Shown here piece by piece: positions 26,975 through 38,128 of a DNA stretch of 64,000 nt. The stretch is from Bacteroidales bacterium. GTDB taxonomy: Bacteria > Bacteroidota > Bacteroidia > Bacteroidales > ML635J-15. Below the pieces are notes generated by a model, which searched no databases, was not told where the DNA came from, and was given only the letters and a program-made list of their open reading frames with translations. The first letter of the stretch is position 1. The number at the start of each line of letters is the position of its first letter. Both the position numbers and the translations under genes were made by a program. The stretch covers positions 78,386-142,385 of the forward strand of contig JAFZWY010000008.1 of assembly GCA_017617125.1 (NCBI GenBank), written 5' to 3'.

Positions 26975-27037
26975 CTCTGTTTTTAATATCGAGGAGGATC
27001 CGTGTCTTAATTTTTTTGAGTCATCAAGGAAAATATT

Positions 27038-27045
27038 TAATTTTG
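27038..27045 (+). promoter_or_regulatory. -7 promoter box (TAnnTTTG)
   Basis: TAATTTTG, 53 nt upstream of the ligA ATG. Confidence 0.45.
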
Positions 27046-27095
27046 CAGAGCAATAAAGTTGGCGCAAGAAATTGCTCTGAATTTATAAAAATTAG

Positions 27096-29105
<2,010 letters not shown>

Positions 29106-29106
29106 T

Positions 29107-29150
29107 AATGGGCTAAAAGCGGAACAGCCAAATAGTTATGGCTGTTAGCC
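29107..29150 (+). repeat. Stop-proximal hairpin element (AATGGGCTAAAAGC ... GCTGTTAGCC)
   Basis: It starts 1 nt after the ligA TGA. ggctaaaagc pairs with gctgttagcc, and there is an inner stem aacagcca/tggctgtt. Confidence 0.65.
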
Positions 29151-29183
29151 TGCAAGCCTGTTTGCCCACATAAACATAGAACC

Positions 29184-29786
29184 ATGAAAAAATTTATACT
29201 AGTTTTTATAATTGCAATATTGAACCTGACATGTTTGGCTCAGAGTGACAGCGAAAAGGCCAAGATTGCCGAAATTCGCAGGATGTACAACAACGAGATG
29301 GAATGGATTAACACCATGCTTGGTGATGAAGCTATTCCCGACGATTACATTACGGCAAAAGTAATGCATAACTTAGCTGGCACAGGCCAGGCGGAGGAAA
29401 CTATTGAGTTCTTTTTCAATGATGATTTTGATGAGGATCTAGGCGAATATGTGTCATCCCTGGATTTTGTGCGCAAGACTTCTGTATATACTATAGCGGA
29501 ACGTAAGTCATACGAGGAGTTTTTGTATGATGATGCTGGATTTCCTGCCTTCTATTATACAAGTTTCACGACTTATCTAAATGAAGGTGAACATTATGTG
29601 GAAAAGTGTGTCGAGATTCGCGCCTACTACGACAAGGGCGTGCAGTTTCATGTCATTTGCAAGGTTGGGGACGACAAGTCGTCGTTGAAAGAAGTTCCTC
29701 TTACAGAAGAACTTGAAAATCAACTATTCTTTGGATTTTTACAATTCGGAAAGTTGAAAGATGCGTTGAATGGTATGCTGAATTGA
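29184..29786 (+). CDS. Hypothetical secreted protein (200 aa)
   Basis: Signal peptide MKKFILVFIIAILNLTCLAQ. No recognised motif. Confidence 0.6.
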   Translation: MKKFILVFIIAILNLTCLAQSDSEKAKIAEIRRMYNNEMEWINTMLGDEAIPDDYITAKVMHNLAGTGQAEETIEFFFNDDFDEDLGEYVSSLDFVRKTSVYTIAERKSYEEFLYDDAGFPAFYYTSFTTYLNEGEHYVEKCVEIRAYYDKGVQFHVICKVGDDKSSLKEVPLTEELENQLFFGFLQFGKLKDALNGMLN

Positions 29787-29790
29787 TAGC

Positions 29791-30759
29791 CTAAAAATCA
29801 ATCGAGTTTGCCACTTTCCTGAACATTTCCAGAGATTTTGTTTCGTCACCGTAAGTGACGCCGGTAATTACAAAATATCTGTCCTTGTCAAATAGTACAA
29901 GCTGGTATATGAATTCGGTTTTTAGGAATTTGCTTACGCCGCTGGCGTAAATTTCGTAGCCCGAAAGTTTCCTTGTGCTGTATTTGTGCGGCGTTAAGTC
30001 GCTTTTCTCGTCCCAGGTAAGCGGATACAGTTTTATGCGGTGTGTGCATACGTCCTTTTTCTGATCTTCGGTAAATTGTATTCCGCTGCGGGTTTCGTGG
30101 ATTGTCAGCGAGGTCATGTCGTCGGTTTTCGAGGGCAGGTTGCCGTCGTCGGTGAAGGTGCGTGTGTCGCCCATGGGGCTAACTTCGATGAGGCCAGTGC
30201 CTTCAAGGTTTACCTTGTACGAGAATGATTCACTGATGGGCTTTGCTTCCATTTTTGGATCGAAAATTACGCTCAGCAACGAGTTGGTAATTTCGATGTT
30301 CATGTTGTTTTGTATAGGCTTGGGCGTCGAGCCCATGATTAGGAATGTTTCGGTACAGTTGCCGATGATGAGTATCGAGACGGCAAATTCCTTGTCGTTG
30401 ATGTACTGGTCGCCGTCAATCATCATTGCTTCGAAGCCGTTAATCTTGAAAAATGTTTCCTTCATTACCACAATTCCTGCCTGAAACATCGATTTTTTGT
30501 CGAAAGTGTAGAAGTTGCGGTTTACATCGCCATCGAGCGGCTGGACGGAAATGTAGCTTTCGGCAAGCATATTTTCGTAGGTGGTGGCGTTGCGGCGAGT
30601 GAAAGTTTTTGGCAGTTTCAGCCTTAGCTTTGTGGTTTCGATAGTGGTGTAGTCGTCCGAATCGACATTTGTAATTTCTATTGCCTTGGAGTTAATTCCT
30701 TGACATACAGCAATTACGCTTGCGAAAGTTAATAATATGACGACAAAAATCCGCTTCAT
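29791..30759 (-). CDS. Hypothetical secreted protein (322 aa)
   Basis: Signal peptide MKRIFVVILLTFASVIAVCQ. No recognised motif. Confidence 0.6.
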   Translation of the reverse strand: MKRIFVVILLTFASVIAVCQGINSKAIEITNVDSDDYTTIETTKLRLKLPKTFTRRNATTYENMLAESYISVQPLDGDVNRNFYTFDKKSMFQAGIVVMKETFFKINGFEAMMIDGDQYINDKEFAVSILIIGNCTETFLIMGSTPKPIQNNMNIEITNSLLSVIFDPKMEAKPISESFSYKVNLEGTGLIEVSPMGDTRTFTDDGNLPSKTDDMTSLTIHETRSGIQFTEDQKKDVCTHRIKLYPLTWDEKSDLTPHKYSTRKLSGYEIYASGVSKFLKTEFIYQLVLFDKDRYFVITGVTYGDETKSLEMFRKVANSIDF

Positions 30760-30776
30760 TGTCAGAAAAAATTTCC

Positions 30777-30784
30777 CAAATATA
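30777..30784 (-). promoter_or_regulatory. -7 promoter box (TAnnTTTG)
   Basis: Minus-strand TATATTTG, 17 nt upstream of the ATG at 30759. Confidence 0.5.
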
Positions 30785-30820
30785 AATATTTTGTGTTACT
30801 TCGTGAAAAATTTTGTTGCG

Positions 30821-32122
30821 ATGAAATTTCATTTTGCAAGATTATCGGCAGTGCTACTTTTCGTATTGTTGGGCATGAAGTCGTTTGCTTTCGACTTCGA
30901 CCGCGATACTGTCAGTTGTGTTGACCGCGTGTACGAAAAGAGTATGAAAACAGTTCGCCTACACCTGCACGACTGGGAAGTTTCGTATCCTGTGATGGAA
31001 CTTTACGGCGAGGTAGGACTCGAGTTTTCGTTCGACCAGGTTGAGTCGCAGCCGCAGGACTACTATTACACCGTAATGCATTGCACCTACGACTGGAAGC
31101 CGTCGAGCATAGTGTTTGTCGACTATGCCGATGGTTTTGAGGAAAATGAAATCCGCAACTATGAGGAGTCGCAGAGTACTTATGTGCAATATACACATTT
31201 CTCGCTCAACCTTCCCAACGATGATCTCCAACTGAAACTTTCGGGCAACTATCTTCTTATAGTGTTTGTCAAGGAACCTGTGGCGAAAATTGTCTGCACA
31301 AAGCGGTTTATGGTTTACGAAAACCTTGTCACTGTGGAAGGCCGGGTTAATTCTAATGTGCTAGGCGAGTATAAAAAGGAATTCCAGAAGGTTGACTTTG
31401 TCATAAAAACGAAAAAATATCCTGTATACAACCCGCTTGACGAATTGAAAGTTTCGCTTGTGCAGAACAACCAATGGGACGAGGCTTACACCTGCATGCA
31501 GCCTTCGTTTGTAGATAATGGCGCAATTACCTTCGACTGGGAGGACAAGTATCTATTCAATGCTGGCAATGAGTACAGGTATTTCAATTTCAATAACTTG
31601 GAGTTAAATTCCGAGTATGTTGAAAACATTGAATACCACAAGCCCTACTATTATATTGACCTTGTGTCAGGCAAAACCAAGTATTTCGAACCGTATGCAA
31701 GTGCCGAGGACATAAATGGTGGATATGTTATAAAGACAAACCGTCGCAACAACAATAATTTCCCCGAAATCCAGTCGGAGTATGCCATTGTGCATTTCCG
31801 TCTCAGTAGTCCGTCGATGCTTGCCAATGCGAGTGTGTATCTGTATGGCGGGCTTACGAATTACGAATTTTCGCCGCAGTACAAGATGAAGTACAATATG
31901 GAGACACATTGTTACGAGTTACTGACGTTTTTGAAACAGGGGTATTACAATTATAGGTATGTTGTCGTTTCGGAAGGCGAGGGTGCTGCTATGGACAGGT
32001 ATTTCATGGAAGGAAGCCACCGTCAGACCGAAAACGACTACCAGTTGTTTGTGTATCACCGCAATCCTAGCGAGTCGTACGACAGGCTGATAAATTACAC
32101 AAAGTTCAATAGTAGAAATTAG
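30821..32122 (+). CDS. Secreted protein, possibly DUF5103 (T9SS plug-like) family
   Basis: The start is moved to the ATG at 30821 (MKFHFARLSAVLLFVLLGMKSFA). The blocks KTVRLHLHDWEVSYPV, YYYTVMHCTYDWKPS and SGNYLLIVF resemble DUF5103 as I remember it; this is unverified. Confidence 0.45.
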   Translation: MKFHFARLSAVLLFVLLGMKSFAFDFDRDTVSCVDRVYEKSMKTVRLHLHDWEVSYPVMELYGEVGLEFSFDQVESQPQDYYYTVMHCTYDWKPSSIVFVDYADGFEENEIRNYEESQSTYVQYTHFSLNLPNDDLQLKLSGNYLLIVFVKEPVAKIVCTKRFMVYENLVTVEGRVNSNVLGEYKKEFQKVDFVIKTKKYPVYNPLDELKVSLVQNNQWDEAYTCMQPSFVDNGAITFDWEDKYLFNAGNEYRYFNFNNLELNSEYVENIEYHKPYYYIDLVSGKTKYFEPYASAEDINGGYVIKTNRRNNNNFPEIQSEYAIVHFRLSSPSMLANASVYLYGGLTNYEFSPQYKMKYNMETHCYELLTFLKQGYYNYRYVVVSEGEGAAMDRYFMEGSHRQTENDYQLFVYHRNPSESYDRLINYTKFNSRN

Positions 32123-32175
32123 TAGGCTGGTGCCGTTCAATGCCTACGGCGTTTCTATGTTTCACGTTTCTGGGT

Positions 32176-32192
32176 TTAACTTCGTTGAGGGC
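32176..32192 (+). repeat. Fragment of the dispersed intergenic repeat (ttaacttcgttgagggc)
   Basis: Identical 17-mer to 20531 and 55330. The flanking gccgtttc / gtttcacgtttctggttt words are also shared. Confidence 0.7.
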
Positions 32193-32348
32193 TTCGCCGT
32201 TCTATTCCTTCGGCGTTTCAGGTTTCACGTTTCTGGTTTGATGATTTGCTAGCGCGAGCTAAAGGTTGAAAATTTGATGATTTGAAGATTCATGTAGAAT
32301 CGCGCCATGGCACGATTCTATAAGATGATTCAAAAAATTAAATGATTG

Positions 32349-32398
32349 TAGCGGCGCAATGCATTGCGCTGATTGAGACGCAAAATTTTGCGTCTGTA
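32349..32398. repeat. Two adjacent perfect palindromes
   Basis: gcgcaatgcattgcgc (32354-32369) and agacgcaaaattttgcgtct (32376-32395). The 26-mer ttgagacgcaaaattttgcgtctgta recurs at 43502-43527. tagcggcgcaatgcattgc recurs inverted at 56904-56922. Confidence 0.85.
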
Positions 32399-32495
32399 AA
32401 ATCGAATATATAATTGGTGTTTCATAGACAAATCGTCTTTTAGCCCAAAATCCTTTCTTCTTGAAAAAAAACTTTGCCATAAAGAAAAATAGTTG

Positions 32496-32503
32496 TACCT
32501 TTG
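32496..32503 (+). promoter_or_regulatory. -7 promoter box (TAnnTTTG) for tRNA-Leu
   Basis: TACCTTTG, 12 nt upstream of the tRNA 5' end. Confidence 0.55.
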
Positions 32504-32515
32504 CAACCGCAAAAT

Positions 32516-32599
32516 GCCCAAGTGGCGGAATTGGTAGACGCGCTGGTTTCAGGGACCAGTGTTCGCAAGGACGTGCAGGTTCGAGCCCTGTCTCGGGCA
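32516..32599 (+). tRNA. tRNA-Leu (anticodon CAG)
   Basis: Acceptor stem GCCCAAG/CTCGGGC with one mismatch, D arm GTGGCGGAATTGGTAGACGC, anticodon loop TTCAGGG, a long variable arm, T loop GGTTCGAGCCC and discriminator A. No CCA is encoded. Confidence 0.9.
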
Positions 32600-32602
32600 C
32601 AG

Positions 32603-32630
32603 AAGACGGTGAAAGCCGTCTTTTTCGTTT
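32603..32630 (+). terminator. Intrinsic terminator after tRNA-Leu
   Basis: agacggt gaaa gccgtct, followed by ttttcgtttt. Confidence 0.7.
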
Positions 32631-32713
32631 TAACATGGTGGTGTTAATCGATTTTTGGCAAGAGTTTTGTTTGTTCGTTGCTAATAAGTATTTTTGCAGT
32701 TTAAATATTGCAT

Positions 32714-33169
32714 ATGAATAGAATTGCAACTATAGTGATAATCGTAGCAATGGCGTTGATGTTCGCATCGTGCACAAAGTACGAAAACGGACCGTCATTT
32801 TCCTTGAAGTCGCCCAAGTCGAGGGTGATAGGAGAGTGGCACCTCACCGATTTGCTGGTTAACGACAAGCATGAGCAAGCATTGTTCGACAGGGAAGCAT
32901 CTGCAGTGCTGACACTGGAAGATGATGGCGAATATACATATACTATGCCCGTTGTAAGGGCGACAACCGAAAGGTCGGGATTGTGGTCGTTTGGCGAGGA
33001 CAAGACAGAACTCGTGCTCATTCAGCTCGACAGCATTAATGGAGATAGCGAGCGTACGTACAAGATAACACGCTTGTCGAAGGACGAGTTGTGGCTTGTA
33101 AACGGAAGCGAGGAATATGCCGATTTCGATGATCTTATCGAACGCCATTTTGAAAAGAAACAGGAATAA
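32714..33169 (+). CDS. Small lipoprotein (lipocalin-like, putative)
   Basis: Lipobox LMFASC. The motif SPKSRVIGEWHLTD is shared with the downstream paralog. The ATG at 32714 is preferred over the TTG at 32708. Confidence 0.6.
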   Translation: MNRIATIVIIVAMALMFASCTKYENGPSFSLKSPKSRVIGEWHLTDLLVNDKHEQALFDREASAVLTLEDDGEYTYTMPVVRATTERSGLWSFGEDKTELVLIQLDSINGDSERTYKITRLSKDELWLVNGSEEYADFDDLIERHFEKKQE

Positions 33170-33179
33170 AAGTATTGAT

Positions 33180-33743
33180 ATGAAAAGATATATTTGTTTT
33201 ATCGGGATTGTTGCACTTGTTATGTGCATGATTTTTTCTTCTTGCAAGAAGTACGAGGAGGATTATGGTTTGATGATGAAGTCGCCAAAAGGCCGTCTTG
33301 TCGGTACATGGAAGATTACGCAGGTGGACTTTGATACTACGTCAATTAAGTTTTCCGATTTTGCAATGTTCGGCGAACTTCAGATGACATTCGAGAAGGA
33401 CGAAACCGGTTATATTAAGTTCAATGACAAAGGTTTGGGCGATATACTGTCGGATACAGACTGGGAAGAACTCATGGGCGAAATGCAGGATTCTACTGCA
33501 AATGCAGACAGTGTTTCCGGGGGCCTTGATGACATTGATTTCTCTGCGTTGCTCTCGTCGCAAATCGGATTCAAATGGGCTTTCGATGATAAGAAGGAAT
33601 ATCTTAAATTCAGCATGTACGACTCAACGTCAAGTACATATGTCAGCGTTGTCGATATGAAGATTATGTCGCTTTGCAAGTCCGACTGCAAGTTGCGCTA
33701 CGAAGACGATTCGACAAGAACGGATGTGTCGATGCAGAAATAA
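33180..33743 (+). CDS. Small lipoprotein, paralog of 32714-33169
   Basis: Start at the ATG at 33180 (MKRYICFIGIVALVMCMIFSSC), with the motif SPKGRLVGTWKITQ. Confidence 0.6.
   Translation: MKRYICFIGIVALVMCMIFSSCKKYEEDYGLMMKSPKGRLVGTWKITQVDFDTTSIKFSDFAMFGELQMTFEKDETGYIKFNDKGLGDILSDTDWEELMGEMQDSTANADSVSGGLDDIDFSALLSSQIGFKWAFDDKKEYLKFSMYDSTSSTYVSVVDMKIMSLCKSDCKLRYEDDSTRTDVSMQK
33727..33743 (+). repeat. 17-nt direct repeat, left copy (tgtcgatgcagaaataa)
   Basis: Exact match to 34560-34576. It comprises the last codons plus the stop of the lipoprotein gene. Confidence 0.9.
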
Positions 33744-33749
33744 AAGAAT

Positions 33750-34550
33750 ATGAAGGCACATATTTCGAAAATGCTGCGCAATTTGGGGCTGATAAAATTA
33801 GCAGATAAGATCCGCTATTATTTCCATTTGTCGAGAACAAGAAAAAATAGAAAATTGTTCGTGGAAAAATATCCCCAAGTTGTATTGCCTCCCCCGTATT
33901 TCCTATATGAAACGTTCGGCCTGAATTATTTTAGCTATTACGAAGATGGTCGTGATACTGCGGAATGGCTTCTCAACTACTTTTCGGAATACAAGAAACT
34001 TGAAAATATCAATATATTGGATTGGGGATGTGGTCCTGCCCGTATAATAAGGCATTTGCCTTCTCTTACAGAGAACTCGTGTCACTATTATGGCTCAGAC
34101 TATAATCCCAAGTACATCGAATGGTGCAGCAAAAACATCCCTGAAGTTTCTTTCTCCACCAACAGGTTGGCACCACCGTTAGAATATCAGTCCGAACAGT
34201 TTGACATAGCCTACGGCATCTCAATCTTTACGCACTTGTCGGAAGAAATGCACTATCAGTGGTTCGATGAACTTATTCGTGTTCTAAAACCCAACGGAAT
34301 ACTTTTCTTAACATTACAAGGTGTGGCATTCAAAGAGAAACTTACGGAATCGGAAGCTCGTCAATTTGACGAAGGAAAACTTGTCGTTAGAGCTAACACT
34401 CTGGAAGGACATAGGACATACGGTGCATTTCAGCCTGAAGATTTCGTATATAAGCTTGTTGGAAGCAACAAGGTCTTGAAACACGTTCCTGGTGGAAAAA
34501 ATAATGGAAAACCAGAACAGGATGTGTGGATTATACAGAAAGTGATATAG
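33750..34550 (+). CDS. Class I SAM-dependent methyltransferase
   Basis: Motif I ILDWGCGPARI and post-I YYGSDYN; 266 aa. Confidence 0.75.
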   Translation: MKAHISKMLRNLGLIKLADKIRYYFHLSRTRKNRKLFVEKYPQVVLPPPYFLYETFGLNYFSYYEDGRDTAEWLLNYFSEYKKLENINILDWGCGPARIIRHLPSLTENSCHYYGSDYNPKYIEWCSKNIPEVSFSTNRLAPPLEYQSEQFDIAYGISIFTHLSEEMHYQWFDELIRVLKPNGILFLTLQGVAFKEKLTESEARQFDEGKLVVRANTLEGHRTYGAFQPEDFVYKLVGSNKVLKHVPGGKNNGKPEQDVWIIQKVI

Positions 34551-34559
34551 GTAATTCTA

Positions 34560-34576
34560 TGTCGATGCAGAAATAA
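34560..34576 (+). repeat. 17-nt direct repeat, right copy
   Basis: Exact match to 33727-33743, 9 nt after the methyltransferase stop. Confidence 0.9.
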
Positions 34577-34610
34577 CAGAAGAAACTTTTGATTAAATAT
34601 GCATATTTAT

Positions 34611-34643
34611 TTACGCCACTATTTTAGTGGCGTAATTTTTTTT
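34611..34643 (+). terminator. Intrinsic terminator
   Basis: ttacgccacta ttt tagtggcgtaa, followed by tttttttt. Confidence 0.75.
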
Positions 34644-34680
34644 ACTAATTTTACAGCCATATTTTTAAACAAATTATACT

Positions 34681-36693
34681 ATGATTACAAAGGAAGAATT
34701 TCAGAAGTTAATCTTGCAGGGAATTCCCGATGTTTTGCCGGAACCTGCTGTATATGAACCCGAAATAAATCATGCCCCAATAAGGAAGCAGATTCTCACA
34801 AACGAAGAAAAGAAGCTCGCAATAAGAAATGCGCTTCGCTATTTCCCAGCAAAATTCCACAAGACACTTGCTCCGGAATTCAAGAACGAACTCGAAACTT
34901 ACGGAAGAATTTACATGTACCGTTTCCGTCCGAAATACAAGATGTTCGCACGCGATATTACGTGGTTCCCCCACAAGAGCACTCAGGCTGCTGCAATCAT
35001 GCTTATGATTTCCAATAACTTGGATTACGCTGTCGCCCAACATCCGCACGAACTTATCACATACGGCGGCAATGGCGCTGTTTTCCAGAACTGGGCTCAG
35101 TACCTGCTCACAATGCAGTATCTTGCCAACATGACCGACGAGCAGACTTTGGTTATGTATTCGGGTCACCCGATGGGACTTTATCCGTCGCACAAGGATG
35201 CTCCGCGCGTTGTGGTAACCAACGGTATGGTAATTCCAAACTACTCGAAGCCAGACCACTGGGAGAAATTCAATGCTATGGGCGTTTCGCAGTACGGACA
35301 GATGACAGCAGGCTCGTATATGTATATAGGTCCGCAGGGTATCGTTCACGGAACAACCATCACGGTGCTCAACGCTTGCCGTAAGATTGCAAAGCATGGC
35401 GAAGGTCCCGAAGGTCGTCTGTTTGTAACTGCTGGCTTGGGTGGTATGAGCGGTGCTCAGCCAAAGGCGGCAAATATCGCAGGTGTTGTAAGCATTTGCG
35501 CCGAAATAAATCCAAAGGCAGCCAACAAGCGCTACGAACAGGGCTGGGTGGACGAAATAATTGATGATGTTGACAAGGCAATCGACACTGCTCTCGAATG
35601 GCAGAAGAAGAAAGAGCGTCACTCCATTGCTTACCTTGGCAATGTGGTTGACTTGTGGGAACGCCTTGCAGCACGCGACGTAAAGGTAGACCTTGGTAGC
35701 GACCAGACTTCGCTTCACAATCCGTGGGCAGGTGGTTACTATCCTGTTGGACTTTCGTACGAACAGTCAATTGATATGATGGCTCATAACCCCGAGAAGT
35801 TCAAAGAGGCAGTTCAGGCTTCGTTGAGACGCCAGGTTGATGCAATCAACAAGTTGACTGCAAAGGGAATGTATTTCTTCGACTATGGAAACGCCTTCCT
35901 GCTCGAAAGTTCGCGCGCAGGTGCCGACATTATGGCTCCTAATGGAATCGATTTCCGCTATCCGTCGTATGTTCAGGATATTATGGGACCAATGTGCTTC
36001 GACTATGGTTTCGGCCCATTCCGCTGGGTTTGCACATCGAGTTTGCCCGAAGATTTGGAAGTTACCGACAACCTTGCAATGCAGGTATTGGAAGACATCG
36101 CAAAGGATGCACCAGCCGAAATTTCACAGCAGATGCGCGACAACATTCGTTGGATTAGCGAGGCAAAGAAGAACAAACTTGTCGTTGGTTCGCAGGCACG
36201 TATCCTTTACGCCGATGCCGAAGGCCGTATCAAGATTGCAAAGGCATTCAACGATGCTATCCGCGACGGTCGCCTGAAACAGCCCGTTGTGCTTGGTCGC
36301 GACCACCACGATGTTTCGGGTACCGACTCACCGTTCCGCGAGACTTCCAACATCTACGATGGCAGTAAGTTCACAGCCGACATGGCAATCCAGAATGTAA
36401 TCGGCGACTCGTTCCGCGGTGCAACTTGGGTTTCAATCCACAACGGCGGTGGCGTTGGTTGGGGCGAAGTTATCAATGGCGGTTTCGGTATGGTTCTCGA
36501 CGGCAGCGCCGAGGCCGAGCGTCGCCTGAAACTGATGCTTCTGTGGGATGTCAACAATGGAATCAGCCGTCGTAGTTGGGCACGCAACGAGGGCGCAATG
36601 TTCGCCATCAAGCGCGCTATGGAGGAATATCCTGAGATGAAGGTTACAGTTCCGAATTTGGCAGATGACGATTTGATAAATTCATTGTATTAA
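34681..36693 (+). CDS. hutU: Urocanate hydratase
   Basis: 670 aa. The blocks TYGGNGAVFQNW, GSYMYIGPQGIVHGT and GLGGMSGAQ are typical of the long-form HutU. Confidence 0.9.
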   Translation: MITKEEFQKLILQGIPDVLPEPAVYEPEINHAPIRKQILTNEEKKLAIRNALRYFPAKFHKTLAPEFKNELETYGRIYMYRFRPKYKMFARDITWFPHKSTQAAAIMLMISNNLDYAVAQHPHELITYGGNGAVFQNWAQYLLTMQYLANMTDEQTLVMYSGHPMGLYPSHKDAPRVVVTNGMVIPNYSKPDHWEKFNAMGVSQYGQMTAGSYMYIGPQGIVHGTTITVLNACRKIAKHGEGPEGRLFVTAGLGGMSGAQPKAANIAGVVSICAEINPKAANKRYEQGWVDEIIDDVDKAIDTALEWQKKKERHSIAYLGNVVDLWERLAARDVKVDLGSDQTSLHNPWAGGYYPVGLSYEQSIDMMAHNPEKFKEAVQASLRRQVDAINKLTAKGMYFFDYGNAFLLESSRAGADIMAPNGIDFRYPSYVQDIMGPMCFDYGFGPFRWVCTSSLPEDLEVTDNLAMQVLEDIAKDAPAEISQQMRDNIRWISEAKKNKLVVGSQARILYADAEGRIKIAKAFNDAIRDGRLKQPVVLGRDHHDVSGTDSPFRETSNIYDGSKFTADMAIQNVIGDSFRGATWVSIHNGGGVGWGEVINGGFGMVLDGSAEAERRLKLMLLWDVNNGISRRSWARNEGAMFAIKRAMEEYPEMKVTVPNLADDDLINSLY

Positions 36694-36702
36694 CAATATT
36701 GG

Positions 36703-36740
36703 TTTTCGGCTGTGCTTGGAAGTGCAGCCGAAAACTTTTT
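36703..36740 (+). terminator. Intrinsic terminator of hutU
   Basis: ttttcggctgtgc ttggaa gtgcagccgaaaa, followed by cttttt. Confidence 0.7.
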
Positions 36741-36776
36741 ATAGAACGATAGGATTGTCTAATTAAAACATATATT

Positions 36777-38099
36777 ATGAAGCAATATACCCATATATTA
36801 ATAGCGTTTGCACTTCTAATATTAAGTGGTGGCGTATTTGCACAAAATCTCTTCGACAAGGCAAAGTTGGACAATTATTTCGATAAACTTCAAGAAAACA
36901 ACAAGTTTATGGGAAGTGTTGCCGTCGCGAAGAACGGGGAGATTATCTACACAAAAGCAATCGGCTATGCTGATGTCGAAAATAAGGTTAAAGCAACCGA
37001 AAAATCCAAATATAGAATCGGTTCTGCCTCGAAATCGTTTACGGCGGTTTTGGTTTTGAAGGCTGTCGAAGAAAAGAAAATAGACCTTGACCAAACTATT
37101 GACAAATGGTTTCCGGCAATCGCAAATTCACAGAAAATAACTGTAAGGCATTTGCTAAGCCATAGGAGCGGAATACACGATTTTACACACGACGATGACT
37201 ATCTGGATTGGTGTACACAGCCAAAGACAGAAAAAGAAATGCTGGCGATTATCGAAAAAGGTGGCAGCGATTTTGAGCCCGACAGCAAGTCCGACTACAG
37301 CAATTCGAACTATGTGTTGTTGACCTACATGCTTGAAAAGACTTTCTCGAAACCATATTCCGACTTGTTGCAGGAATACATTGTCAAGCCAATTGGTCTG
37401 ACCGACACATATATTTTTGGAAAAACCAATCCGAACAACAACGAATGCAGGTCATACCGCTTCTTGGGTTCTTGGAAGGTAGAAAACGAAACAGACTGGA
37501 CTGTTCCGATGGGTGCGGGTGCAATAGTGTCAACGCCGACCGACTTGACAAAATTCGCTGACGCTTTGTTTGGAGGAAGGCTTCTGACTGATGAAAGTCT
37601 CAAAATAATGAAAACCATTAAGGACGACTATGGCCTCGGGCTGTTCGAGATTCCTTTTGGCGAAAACATTGGTTTGGGACACACGGGGGCAATAGATGGT
37701 TTTGTTTCTGTTTATTCGCATTTTGACGACGGAAATATTTCGTATGCCATGACTTCTAACGGGCGTAATTTTAAAATCGGAGATATTAAAAAGGCGGTTT
37801 TAAGCGCAGTTTACGGCAAACCTTACGAATTACCAGAATTCTATAATGTGGCTTCGGAGGATTTGGACATTTATTTGGGCGTGTATGTTTCCAAGAAAAT
37901 TGGTTTGGATTTTATTGTCACAAAAGAAGGAAACACATTGATTGGGCAGATTGGAGATGATGCTTTTTCGTTTGAAGCAGTTGACAAGGACAAATTTAAG
38001 TGCGACCAGTTAGGTGCAAAATTTGAATTTAATCCGAAAAAGAATGCAATGACTTTATTCCAGAATGGAGCGAAATTAGTTTTACGAAAGAAAAAGTAA
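36777..38099 (+). CDS. Serine hydrolase (beta-lactamase-related family)
   Basis: Signal peptide, the SxxK motif SASKSF, and YSNSNY (YxN); 440 aa. Confidence 0.8.
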   Translation: MKQYTHILIAFALLILSGGVFAQNLFDKAKLDNYFDKLQENNKFMGSVAVAKNGEIIYTKAIGYADVENKVKATEKSKYRIGSASKSFTAVLVLKAVEEKKIDLDQTIDKWFPAIANSQKITVRHLLSHRSGIHDFTHDDDYLDWCTQPKTEKEMLAIIEKGGSDFEPDSKSDYSNSNYVLLTYMLEKTFSKPYSDLLQEYIVKPIGLTDTYIFGKTNPNNNECRSYRFLGSWKVENETDWTVPMGAGAIVSTPTDLTKFADALFGGRLLTDESLKIMKTIKDDYGLGLFEIPFGENIGLGHTGAIDGFVSVYSHFDDGNISYAMTSNGRNFKIGDIKKAVLSAVYGKPYELPEFYNVASEDLDIYLGVYVSKKIGLDFIVTKEGNTLIGQIGDDAFSFEAVDKDKFKCDQLGAKFEFNPKKNAMTLFQNGAKLVLRKKK

Positions 38100-38128
38100 A
38101 TAATATAGCAAAATAAAAAGTATCGATT

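Noticed and set aside
32259-32729. A 156-aa minus-strand ORF and overlapping ORFs (32330-32521, 32461-32721).
   Set aside because: They span the tRNA-Leu gene, its terminator and the palindromic repeats. The peptides are the repeat-derived type (QTQNFASQ, RRKILRL).
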